Origin: Vicugna vicugna
Taxonomy: Eukaryota
Assembly: GCA_013265495.1 (NCBI GenBank)
Contig: MU058584.1
Coordinates: 4,470,508 to 4,534,507, forward strand
Reading direction: 5' to 3'
DNA: 64,000 nt
Shown piece by piece: positions 41,320 through 54,100 of this stretch. Made by a program: the position numbers and the translations under genes. How positions within the stretch are numbered: position 1 is the stretch's first letter; each line of letters opens with the position of its first letter. Under the pieces are notes generated by a model that worked only from the letters and a program-made list of their open reading frames with translations, was not told the DNA's origin and did no database searches.

Positions 41320-42730
41320 TTTCACGTTACTGATACTGCTTTTATGAAGGTCACTAGTGCTCCTATCTCCAAAGGTAGGATCACTTCTCAGAAACTTTAG
41401 ACATTGGTTGAACACATCTTTTTTGAAATATTTTTTCTCTTGTTTTTTGCTAATGCCACACTCTTGATTTTCTTTCTATCTCACTGACTCGTTGTGTATT
41501 CATCTCTCAGCTGACTCCTCCTCAAATGTTGGATATACCAACACTCTGTCCTGGCTCCTCCTCCCCATTTTCTCTTTACTTTTCTGAGTGATTCTGTTTG
41601 GTCCCATGGCCAAAAACACCATGCCTTCCAACTTCCCACTTCTTCCCAGAACTCCAGATTCATATATCTAACTCTCTACTTTAACATTCCCAGTTGTGTG
41701 TCAAATAGCACCCCAAATTTAATAGGGGCCAGAATAGAACCTTTTTTCTTTTTAATTTTTGTTATGAAAACTTCAAGCATGCTTTTTATATATACTGAGC
41801 ACTTGGATTTAGCAATTATCAAGACTTTGGCACATTTTCTTTTTCCATTTCAATTTTCTTCTTTTCCCCCTCCTTTCCGAGGTATTTTAAAGCAAATCCC
41901 AGATACGATACCATTTCACCCCTATGTATAACCTAAAAGCAGTGGACATTTTCTTTTGTAATCAAAATATCATTATATAATTTAACAAGATTGGCAGTAT
42001 ATTTTTAGTATCATCTAAGACACAGTCCATAATCAAATTGCCCTCATTCTTTAAAAATGTCTTTTTGTAGCTGTTTGTTCAAAAGAGGATCCAAACAAAG
42101 TCCATACCTTGACTGCTGTGCCTCTTAAATCTCAATTAATCTAGAGCAGTCTTCCTCTTTTTTGTCCCTGCCATTGACTTGTTACAGAAACTGAGTCAGT
42201 TTTCCTTTATATTGTCCCACATGGTAGCTAGTGGTTTATTTTCTTGTGATGGCATTTAACTTGGTTCTATATCCTCTGTATTTCCTTTTCGTGGAAGTTA
42301 CTTCTAGAGGTTTGATTAGATTCAGATTCAACTTGTGTGGCAGGAATGCTTACAGGTGAGACTGTGTGCTTCATATTTTATAGCCTAAAGAGGCACACAG
42401 TATTTGATTGTCCTACTTTTGGTTATTGATCACAGGATTCAGATGGCTTAACCAAATACTCGATTTTCTCCCCTAAATCTGTAACCTTCTACATTTCAAT
42501 AAATGGCACATCATTCATCCAGCTGTCTATTATATATGCTGAAAATTTTCGTGTTTGATTTCCTTCTTACCCTCAACTTCTTCATCCAGTCTGTTCACTA
42601 ATAAATTCGACCTCCAGAATACATCTGGAGTCCATCCACTTCTATCTTTGTGCTGTGACCTAATTTAAGCTTGCCTGGGCTACTGCAGTGTCCTCTTACT
42701 TGGTCTCCTTTATTTCACTTTATTCTACTT
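41320..42730. mobile_element. L2 remnants interrupted by an old L1 fragment
   Basis: L2-like 'actccagattcatatatctaact...ttaacattccc' and 'aatggcacatcattcatccagctg'. Confidence 0.55.
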
Positions 42731-45254
42731 AAGTCTCCTAATTATTCCACTAATTCATTGAACACACAGTTCCTAGATTGTGCATATTGATCAGGTCATA
42801 TTAGTTCTTTTATATTATTTCCTCCTTTTCCCCCCTTAAATTGTAAGATTTAGAGTATGATTGACAAAGGCAGAAGAATTGAGAAACATTTTTATGAAAC
42901 AACCCCTATGGTCTGAGTTTCCTAGGCTTTTTTTTTTTTAATTTTTATGAAAGTATGATGGATTTACAATGTTGTGTTTGCTAGGCTGGTTTTTGAGACA
43001 ATGGACAAGGCTAGTAATTACTGAAAATCAAAGTGTATTCATTTACACTTATAAAGATACATTATTCCTGTTACATTGGGATACCCTGTTTCATTAGAAG
43101 AAGGTTATCCAACTCTAGTTTTAAACATTTTTTTTTCTTTTAAAGAAATTAAGATACCAAGACAAAAAAAAAATCTCTGGAGTTGAAGGCCAATGAAATC
43201 TGTATTCTAATAAACACTTCAGGTGATTTTGATCTAGGTGACCTGTGGATCATACTTTGAAAAACACTGCTATAGCTGCTAATTGAAAATACGAGACTAG
43301 AAAGAGCACACAGAAAGAAACTGTAAAGTGAAATGAGCATCTAGGCCTTAACTCTAAGGAATCCAACATTTAAAACTTAAGTAAAGAGGGAACAAGTGTT
43401 TATAGTCCTATCCCCCAAACTTACCTTTCTCCTGTCCACATTATGGAATTATAATTATGCTGTAAATACAGTTTATGTATATGTTATTTATTTTAAAACT
43501 TAAACCATTCCTGAGGGAAAAGGATAACAATAATATATGTTCATGGTTAAAAATGGATCATGACAAAAAGTAACAGACATGGCCTGCATTCCCTATTCCT
43601 TTCGTATTTTCCTAAGCACCTTCTTTTAATTGTTCTTTGTTTCAGATTTTCTGGTGTGTTTTTTCATATTTCTATGTGATATTCATATACTGGTCTTTCT
43701 TGAATTGTCAGTTTTGGACATTGTCTACTGATTTCCTGCTATGATAGAAGAGGATTTAACTAATTTATATAACTTTCTAAGATTTTTGGCTTCTCAGAAA
43801 TTTTGTGTTACTGTTTTCAGTCTCTTCAGTTATCACTTTAACTTCAAAACACAAAGATCTTTTTGTTTTTCTGTCATTTGTAGGCAGTATTTCTTGAATC
43901 GTCATTTGTAAAATAGTGACATTTAATGCTTTCACCCTTCCTTCCACCGTCTTGTCTCTTTCTGTTTCACACCTCTTTCAGCTGCATGTGCTTTTATATT
44001 GTCAGCATCGATTGCATTTACCTCATATTCTGTAGCCATTGTTACCTTCCGAAATTTGTCTGTGTATTAATTCTAAGAGTGAAAATTCAGCAAACAATGT
44101 TAGTAAGTCTTATTTGTACATAGGTACTTTTCTTAGCTTTTGTTAGACTCTTCCTTCACAACAAGGAGAGGGTAGGAAGAAAGTTCATGAAGAAAATTAT
44201 GTAATATATCATCTGTGTCATAGATGAGCACGCTCAGCTGCTCAGAACTCTCTAGTGGGTTTCCAGCTTCCTTACAGTAAAGGAAAAATGCTTTGTTGCT
44301 TCTAAGGCTCTACAGATTTGGCACTAGCTTTCTGCTCCATTTCACTCCTTACTGTGTTCTCCGTTACACGTATTTGTTTCAGTCACACTCACCTTTTTGC
44401 TGTTCCTTTAAATACGCCCAGTACACCTCTGACATATACTTTGTCTTCTGCTTAGAACTTTCTTCCCCCATCTTGTGAACTTACCTCCTCATTTCATTTA
44501 ACTCTGAGTGTTACCTTTCAGAGAGACGTTCCCCGTCCACCCTGATAGCTCCCCATTCCTGATCAGTATCTTTTTCTTTCTTCTGTTTTCTTCCCATAGT
44601 GCGTCTCACTAGTGTGTATAGTTATATACATTTACTTATTTGTTCATAGTCTGCACACCTGCCTCCCTCTACCCCAGCACTCTGGACCCAAAAAATACTC
44701 TTCATAAATTTATTTTCTTTCAGTGTCAAGAGGAGTGCCTAGCACATATTTGGCACTTATGAAGTGTTTATTGAAGAGGCAAAGCATGTGTTAGGTTTTA
44801 TGTTCTTCTTTAAGGACCTAAGGCCAAATCTTTATCCCTACCCAAAGAGGAATTTTCTAGTATTAATTTCACATGGATCTCCCATAATGCACAATTGCCT
44901 TTATGGTATTCTCAAGTTTCTATAAGCTGTGCATTTTCTGTCTTCCCATTTTTGAATTTACTTTCAGGTTTTACTGATTATATTCTTAAATATTTTCCTA
45001 AGGATGAGTGGAAAGTAAACTTTCGAACAAGCTTACAGATATCTTTTCTGCTTTCATACGATTTTTAAAAAATTTTGATCTTATTTTTATTTTGCATTTA
45101 AGTTTTTAAATACGTAATGCCTTCTCATGGTACAAAAATAAATTATATAATAAATTTCCTGTCTATAAATCCTTTTCCTGTCTACCTCATTTCTTTCTGC
45201 TCCCTGATACACATAACCACTTATTTTAGTTTCATGGGTATTCTTCTGTATTTT

Positions 45255-48200
45255 TTCCTATCTTTGTTAAGATATAATTTACGTTTATCAGTGTTTAAGT
45301 TTAATGTGTAAATTGTGACTGTTTAATATACATATGTATTGCAAAATGATTGCCACAGTAAGATTATTTGACACATTTGTCACGTCACATAATTGCCATT
45401 TTTTTGCTGTGATAGTGTTGAGAACATTTAAGATTTACTCTTTTAGCATCTTTCAAGTTTACAGCACACTATTAACTGTAACCACCATGCTATACATTAG
45501 ATGCCAGAATTTACTCATCTTATAACTGGAAGTCTGTACTTTTTTAACAAAATCTCGTTTCTTCTACCTTCCAACTTCTGGCAACAACCAATCTACTCTT
45601 TGTTTCTATCAGTTGGGCAGCTTTAGATCCCATGTGTAAGTGATATCATACGGTGTTTGTCATTTTTTATCTGGCCCTTAGGGTTCATCCATGTTATTCA
45701 AATAGCTGGATTTCCTTCATTTTTTTATGGCTGAATAATGCTCCGTTGTGTGTATATGTAAATATATCACGTTTTCTTTATTCATTCATCCACTGACAAA
45801 CACGTAGGTTCTTTTCATGTCTTGGCTGTTGTAAATAATGATGCAGTGAACGTGGAGTGCTACAGATATCTTTTCAAGATAGGATTTCATTTCCTTCAGA
45901 TACATACCCAGGAATGGGATAGCTGGATCATATGGTAGTTCGAGTTTAAATTTTTTGAGGAACTCTTTCATAATGTTTCCCATAGTTAACTGTACTAATT
46001 TCCATTCCCAACAACAGTGCACAAGGGTTACTTTTCTCCACATCCTTACCAGCAAACATTATACCTTGTATTTTTGACAATAACCATTCTGATAAACATG
46101 AGATGATATCCTGTTGTGGTTTTGATTTGTATTTTCCTGATGGTTAGTGATACTGAGCACCTTTTCATGTACTTTTTGGCCATTTATATGTCTTTGGAAA
46201 AATGTCTCTTGAGGTCCTTTGCCCATTTTTTATTGGGATTATTCAGTTCTTTATTTTTGAAGTGTATGAGTGTCTTATATATTTTGGATATTAACCCTTT
46301 TTCAAATATATAGTTTGCATATATTTTTCTCTTTTATAGATTGCCTCTTAATTTTGTTCTTTTGCTGTACAGAGCTTTTGCATTTGATGTAGTATCACTT
46401 GTTGATTTTTGCTTTTGTTGCTTGTGCTTTTGGTGTTGTGTCGAAAAAATCATTGCTGAGGGCCAGGTCAAGGAGCTTTTTACTATGGTTTTTTCTAGGA
46501 GTTTTACTGCTTCAGGTCTTATGTTAATCTATTTTGCATTAATTTTGTTTCTTTTGCATGTAAACTTCCAGTTTTCCCACTGTTTATTGAAGGGACTATT
46601 CTTTCCCCCATTGAGGACTCTGCTCCTTTGTTGTAAATTAATTGACCATATATGCATGGGTTATTTTCTAGGCTCTCTCTTCTGTTTCGTTGATCTAGAT
46701 GCCTCTTTTTAAGCCAATACCATACTGTTTTCATTAACGTAGCTTTGTAGTATAATTTGAAGTAAAGAAATTTGATGCCTTCAGCTTTGTTTTTCTTTTT
46801 CAAGATTGATGTGGCTATTTTGGGTCTTTTGGGATTCCATGCAAATTTTAGGATTTTTTTCTTTTTTCTGTGATAAATGTTACTGGAATTTTAATAGAGA
46901 TTGCTTTGAATCTATAGGTGGCTTTTGGGTAGTATGGCCATTTTAATATTAACTCTTCTGATACATGAACATGTGTATCTTTCCATTTATTTGTGTCTTC
47001 AGTGTTTCTCATCTTTATTGTATAGATTCCAGTGCATAGATCTTACACCTCCTTGGTTAAATTTATTCCTAAGTATTTTATTGTTTTTGATGCTATTGTA
47101 AACGGAATTATTTTCTTTATTTCTTTCTCAGATAATTCATTGTTAGTGTATAGAAGTGTGACTGTTTTTTGTTTGTTGATTTTATATCTTGAAACTACTG
47201 AATCCATTTATTAATGCTAACAATTTTTTTGCTGGAGTCTTTGGGATTTTCTGTATATAAGATCGGGTTATCTGAAAATGTAGACAGTTTTACTTCTTCA
47301 TTTCCAATTTGGATGCTTTTCTTTTTCCTGTCTGATTTTTCTGGCTGGTACTTATAGCACTGTGTTGAATGAAAGTGATGAGAGTGGGCATCCTTGTCTT
47401 TTTCCTGATCTTAGAGGAAAATCTTTCAACCTTTCACTGTTGAGTATGTCAGCTGTGGGTTTGTCATATGAGCCTTTATTATATTGAAATGTGTTCCTTC
47501 TGTACCTAATTTGTTGAGAATCTTTATCATGAAAGATAATTGAATTTTGTCAAAAGCTACTTCTGATCTGTTGAAATGATCATATGATTTTTCATTCCGT
47601 TAATGTAGTGTATTACATTTATTAATTTGTTTATATTGACCGATCCTTGCATCCCAGGAATTAAATCCCACTTGGTTATGACGTATGAGCCTTTTAATGT
47701 GCTTTTGATTTAGATTTGCTAGTATTTTGTTGAGAATTTTTGCCTCTGAATTCATCAGGAATGTTGGGCTGTAGTTCTTTTTTTTTTTGTAGTATCCTTA
47801 TCTAGCCTGGGTATCAAAGTAAAACTTGCCTCAGAAAGTGAGTTTGGGAGTGTTCTTGTCTCTTCAGTTTTTTGAAAGAGTTTGAGAAGGATTGATATTA
47901 ATAATTTATGTATTTTATTTGATTGATTAATTGATTGTGGTTGGGGGATTTTGATTACTGATTCAATATCTACCTGTTATTGGTCTATTCAGGTTTTCAG
48001 TTTTTCATGATTCAGTCTTGGTAGGTTATGTTTCTAGGAATTTTATCTATTTCTTCTAATTTGTTGGTGTATAATTGTTCATAGTAGTCTCTTATGATTC
48101 TTTGTATGTCTTTGGTATCAGTTGTAATGTCTTCTCTTTCACTTATAATTTAATTTGAGTCTTTTCTTTTTTCCTTAGTAAGTCTAGCTAAGGTTTATCA

Positions 48201-51200
48201 GTTTTGTTTGTCTTTTCAAAAAATCCCCCAAACCATCTCTTAGCTTCATTGATCTTTCCTGTTGTTTTCCTATTCTCTATGTCATTTCAGTTCTTTGTTA
48301 TCTCCTTCCTTCTGCTAACTTTGAGCTTAGTTTGGTTTTCTTTTTTAGTTCCTTAATGTGTGAAGTTGTGTTGTTCTTTTGAGATCTTTCTTTTTTCGTT
48401 TTCTTTAAAAAGATTTTTTTTGAGGGGAAGAGGCGGTAGTTAGGTTTATTTATGTATTTTAATGACGGTTCTGGGGCTTGAACCCAGGACCTCATGAATG
48501 CTAGGCAAGTACTCTACCCACTGAGCTATACCCAACTCCTATTTTTGTTTTTCTTGATAAGGCATTTATTGCTATGAACTTCCCACTTATACCTGCTTTT
48601 GCTGCATCCCATATATTTTGTTTTCACTTTCACTTGTCTCAAGATGTTTTTAAATTTTTTTTTCTTTGACTTTCTGGTTGTCCAGGAGTGTGTTATTTAA
48701 TTTCCACATGTTGGTGAAATTTCCTGTTTTCCTCCTGCTGATTTCTATTTTCACACCACTGTGTTCAGAAAAGATACTTGGTATGATTTAATTCTTTTAA
48801 AGTTTGCTGATACTTGTTTTGTGGTCTAACATGATTTATTCGGGAGAATGTTCCATGTGCACTTGAGAACGTCTGTTCTGCTGCCATTGGACGGAATATT
48901 CCGTGTATATTTGTTAAATTCATTTGACCTACAGTGTAGTTCAAGTCTAATGTTTCCTTATTTATTTCATTATAAGCAATGGATAATAATATATCCATTG
49001 TTTAAAGTAGGATGTTGCAGTTTGCTACTACTATATATATTTTTTCCTTTAGACCTGATGTGGTCATTCTTTAGATTTTGGTATCCACTAGGGGTCCTGG
49101 AATTAATCCTCACGGATACTGAGGGAATATGGTATTCATCTGTAGCCCTCAAACTTCCTAAACTCATTCGTTAGTTCCAGCCCTCCCCCCTTTTTTTAAA
49201 TTCTATAGGATATTCTACATAAAAAATCATGTGATCTGAGAATAAAGATGGTTTTACTTCTTATCCTGTCTGGACTCCTTTTATTTCTTGTTCTTGCCTT
49301 GTTACAATGTCTAGTACTCTAGACAGCGTTGAACAAAAGTGATGAGAACAGACAGCCTTGTCTTGTTCTGATCTTAGAGGGAAGGTATCCAATCTCTTAT
49401 TATTAAATATGATGGTAGCTATGGGTTTTTCATAGATATTCACTGTCAGGTTGAAAAAGTTCCTTTCTACTTTGCTGAGAGCTATTATGAATTATTGTTG
49501 GATTTTTTCCAAATGTCTCTTCTGCATTTATTGCAATGATCATATGATTTTGTTTTTTAGTTTGTTAATATCATGAATTACGTTAATTAATATTTGAGTG
49601 TCAAACCATTCTTGCATTCCAGAGATAAAACTCATATTTTGTTTTATTCAATCTATGAAAATTTTGTTTGAGAATTTTTGTGTGTATGTTAAGGATACTA
49701 GTCCATAGTTTTCTCGTATGAGTTGTGAACTATGTTGTCTTTTTTATTTTCTTAAAGACTTGGTACATAATTTTCATTATTTTTTTAAATGTTTGGCAAA
49801 ATTCACTAGGGAAACCATCTGGGCCTGGAGTTTTCTTTGTTGAAACTTCTAACTACAATTCCTTAATAAAAATAGACTATATATAGAGTAAATTTTGTTT
49901 AGTATGCGTGTTTCAAGGATTTTGTCAGCTCTTTAATTGTTGAATTTATTGGATAAAGTCATCCACAGTATTTCTGTATATGTTTAAATATTTCTAGAGT
50001 GAATAGTTAATGATGTCACCTCTCTGGTTCCTGTTGCTGGTAATATGTTCCCCTTCCCCTTTTATTCTTGTTTAGTCTGGCTAGAGGTTCATTAATTTTG
50101 TCTTCTCAAAGCACTAGCTTCTGGTTTCATTAATTTTCTGTGTTTTCCTATTTTCTATTAACATTGATTTCTGCTTTTATATTCATTATGTCCAGTCTTC
50201 TTTTGACGTTTGATTTCATTGGTCATCCCTTCACAGCTTTTTGAGTGGAAGCTGAAGTGACTTATAAGATCTTTCTTTTTTAATATAGTTGTTTTTGTGT
50301 TATAAATTTCCTTCTGAGTACTGTGCTAGCTGCAGCCCATAAATTGAGAAATGTTGTGCTTTTACTTTCATTCAGTTCAAAATACTTTGTAATTTATTTT
50401 GTAATTTCTTCTTTGACCTTGTATTATTTTGTAGTTTTAAAATATTTCTTTGTGTTACTGATTTATAATTTAATTTCTTTTTTTAAAATTCCATTTTAAA
50501 CAGGGAACATATTTTGTAGTCTTTTAAGTATATTGAGATTTGTTTCATGGCCCACAAATACGTGTCTTCTATATTGATAATTATTTCATGTTTACTTAAA
50601 AAGAATATATATTCTGATACTTCTTGGTTGCTTTGGATGTAAATCTGGTCCATGTTACTCCATCTTAACTGAAAGTGAAAGTCAGTAATTCTGTTTTTTA
50701 AACAATTTAGATGCAGTTCACATTCCATAAAATTCACCTATTTTAAGTGTGCAATTGAGTGCTATTTTTGTTTTACTGTGTTCATAAAGTTGTATAGCTT
50801 TCAACACTATCTAATTTCAGTATATTTTGATCATCCAAAAAAGAAAGTCCATGCTAATTATCAGGTGCTCTCATTACCCCTCCACTTAGCTGTTGGCAGT
50901 CACTAATCTGCTTTCTGTCTCCATAGATAAGCTTATTCTGGACTTTTTATGTAAATTTATCATATAGTATGTGGCCCTTCAGACTGGCTTCTTTCACTTA
51001 GCATAATGTTTTTAAGATTCATCCATGTTGCAGCATGTATTTTGTTTTCTGGCTAAATAATACTTCATTGTGTGGATATTTTGTTATGAGTGAATGGATT
51101 AGTCATGTTTTGTTTATTCATTAGTTGGTAAATATTTGGGTTGCTTCCGTTTTTGGCTACTATCACTAATGCTACTGTGCACTTTTGTGTACAAGTTTTT

Positions 51201-51785
51201 CTGTGACGTGTTTTTGGTTCTCTTGGGTATATATCTTATGGAATCATTGGCTCATAGGATAACTTTTTCAAGTTTTGAGGAACTGCTAAACTGTTTTAGA
51301 AATAACTGTATTATGTTGCATTCCTATCAGCAGTGTTTCAAGGTTCCAGTTTCTTGACATTCTCTCTAACTTTTGTTACATTCTGCTTTTTTAAAATTAT
51401 AGCCATTTTAATGGATGTGAAGTGGTAATTTATTGTGGTTTTAGTTTTCATGAAGAGTGACACTGATGTTTCCTTCAAAGAGTTTTTAGGGTTTTTGCTG
51501 TTACATTGAGATCTTTGATCATTTTCAGTTAATTTTTGTACATGTGTGAAGTAGGGGTCCAAAGTCATTCTTTTGCTTTTGTATATCCAGTTGTCTGGAA
51601 AAGATTTCTTGGAAAGATTTTTCTTTCTCCTTTGAATGATGATGTCTTGGACCCCTTTTCAAAAATTACCTGACCATAAATATAAGGGTTTCTTTCTGGA
51701 CTCAATTCCATTCCACTGATTTATATGTCTATGATCATGACAGTACCACACAGCCTTGATTGCTATAGCTCTGTAGTGAGTTTTT
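45255..51785 (-). mobile_element. Cluster of degenerate L1 elements, including a MER2-like end near 49075-49133
   Basis: Minus-strand ORF2 remnants such as [29 protein letters not shown] and FSSAHGTFSRINH. Confidence 0.92.
48390..48534 (-). mobile_element. tRNA-derived SINE (Vic-1-like, long-tailed form) nested in L1
   Basis: 'ttgaacccaggacctcatgaatgctaggcaagtactctacccactgagctataccc'. Confidence 0.8.
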
Positions 51786-52072
51786 CTAATAGTTCCTTTT
51801 TGGGTAACTTGGTGTATGTTTCTGGATATAAAGTGGACTAATTAAAATAAATTTAAACAGAGCTTAAAGACTCATACATTTCATTGTGAATTTATAGAAC
51901 ATTGTGTTTGCTAAATGGCACTCAGTATGTATTTTCAGTAAGTAAAGTGGTAAATATGATTTACCATAGAAATAACCTCATTAGTGATGTAAATTTTGAA
52001 CCGTCAGTTAGAAGATGGCATACTTGTTTTTATTTTCAGTTTGCTTAAATTTCTTTTCTGCTTTCTTTTTAG

Positions 52073-52177
<105 letters not shown>

Positions 52178-53139
52178 TAAAAATCTGTAACTTAATGAGA
52201 GAAAAAAAGTCAAGAAGCTAGAAATTAAGAAATAGTAAATGCCCACAGAGTGAGCGTTTGTAAAGAATATCCTTAATTTGCTAAAATTTGTTATATAATT
52301 TGGAAATTATCACATGCATATTCCTTAGTTTCTTTAGGAGAACATTAGATTTCATTCAGCCTTTTGATTCTAGAAAATTTGAATATACTTCATTCTACCC
52401 ACATGGATAAAATTACCAAAACAATTGGCATTATCTCAAGAAACCATTCTTTAGGGGGAAAAAGACTATGATTTTTTTTCTTTTATGCTCACAGAATCTA
52501 ATCTTCATCCAAGCAGTTTAAGAAACTGGATTTTATCAGCTTACTAACACTGGCTAGGTTCTAAGGAAATGCTTCATAACATCCAGTTCAGTAAACAGAT
52601 ATATTGAGTTTTAATCAGGATTATGTTCAGATTTTTGTTGGCTCTTATTCTGACTTTACGTATAAGAGTATGTATACAGTTATTTTTATGTGAGTGAGAA
52701 CATGGTAGATTGGCAGACCAATGACATGTGTAGTATTAGAAATCTTACAGAATTCACGCATTTTTTTATTTTTCCACATTTAAACAGTTAAGATATTTAA
52801 ATAAATGTTTGTGGTTCTTCAGCCTAATTAGAAGTTTGTATCAAGGCTATCCTTGATTAAAGGACAGGCTATAGTTTTATTCCAGAGATAACTTTGCTTA
52901 ATTGTTCTGACTTAGTAGAGGGAAACTTGATATTTCCAAATCCTGCTTGTCTTAGCTCTGCAACTACTGAGACAACCTTCTTCTTAAAATAGAGAACATT
53001 TCCTGGAATAATGTATATATGGAATGCTTTTCGATCATCACTATCAGAATTTTAATGCTTATAGTATTTAAATCACTCATCTAGATACCAATAGAATAAT
53101 TTTTTTGTTTGTTTTTGAAAAGATGCAGAGCTTCACTCT

Positions 53140-53577
53140 TTTTTTAAAAAATTGTGGCAAAATATGCATAACGTAAAATAAAGCAATTAACCATTTTTAA
53201 GAGTTCAGTTAGTGACATTCAGTATATTTATATTGTTGTGATACCGTCACCATCATCCAGCTACAAGACTTCTTATCTTGCAAAACTGAAACTCTGTACC
53301 CAGTAAACAGTAGTTCCTCATCCTTCCTTCCTCCAGCCCCTGACAGCCTTCATTCTGCTTTTTGTCTGTATGGATTTGTCTACTCTAGGTACCTCATATA
53401 AGTGTTTATACAGTATTTGTCCTTTTGTGAATGGCCTATTTTACTTAGCATAATGTCCTTAAGATTCATTCATGTGCCGCATGTATCAGAATTTAGTTCG
53501 TTTTTAAGGCTGACAAATATTCCATTGTATGTATATATCGCATTTTGTTTGTCCATTCAACCTTCCGTAGGCATTTG
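53140..53577 (-). mobile_element. L1MB-like 3' end
   Basis: 'aactgaaactctgtaccc...tactctaggtacctcatataagtg...tacttagcataatgtc'. Confidence 0.8.
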
Positions 53578-54007
53578 GTGGAAGTAGCCCAAGGGATTGC
53601 TCTTCCTCATTTCCAATTTGAGAAATGATTAGTCAAATAATACTTTAAAAGATTTTAAGTAGAACAAGGCTTTATACTTCCACATAGTGGTTTTAAGAGA
53701 TCCAAAATTGCTGTCATAAAGGAATATTTTTTGTTTTAAAACATTGATGATTCATTACATAGGAAAGTAAAGTTTTTTGATCTTGAGTCAGATATTACCT
53801 GTTTTTATAGGTTTACTCTATTTTAGATCCTATGAGTTCATGGGAAGATTAATTTATTGTATATAAAAGTTTGGAAACTTTTTTTAAAAATAGATTTAAG
53901 TGGTTGGCAGTGTTTCTTATTAATGGCATTCTGTCTTATTTGTGTATGTCATAGATCTCAAATATATAAAAAAGATCAGTTTCTTTTTCCAAAAATTACA
54001 AGCTAGT

Positions 54008-54100
54008 GGGGAAAGGGTGTAGCTCAAGTGGTGGAGCGCATGCTTGGCACCCAAGAGGTCAGGGGTTCAATCTCCAGCACCTCCTAAAAAAGAAAAAAAG
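54008..54100 (+). mobile_element. tRNA-derived SINE (Vic-1-like)
   Basis: TAGCTCAAGTGG A-box, GGTTCAATC B-box, A tail, TSD AAATTACA(A/G)GCTAGT at 53993-54007 and 54101-54115. Confidence 0.88.

Noticed and set aside
45786..51568. Endonuclease/RT-like ORFs
   Set aside because: Decayed L1 ORF2 with many stops.
54008..54085. tRNA-like sequence with A and B boxes
   Set aside because: Poly(A) tail, TSD and four diverged paralogues in the window identify it as a SINE, not a tRNA gene.
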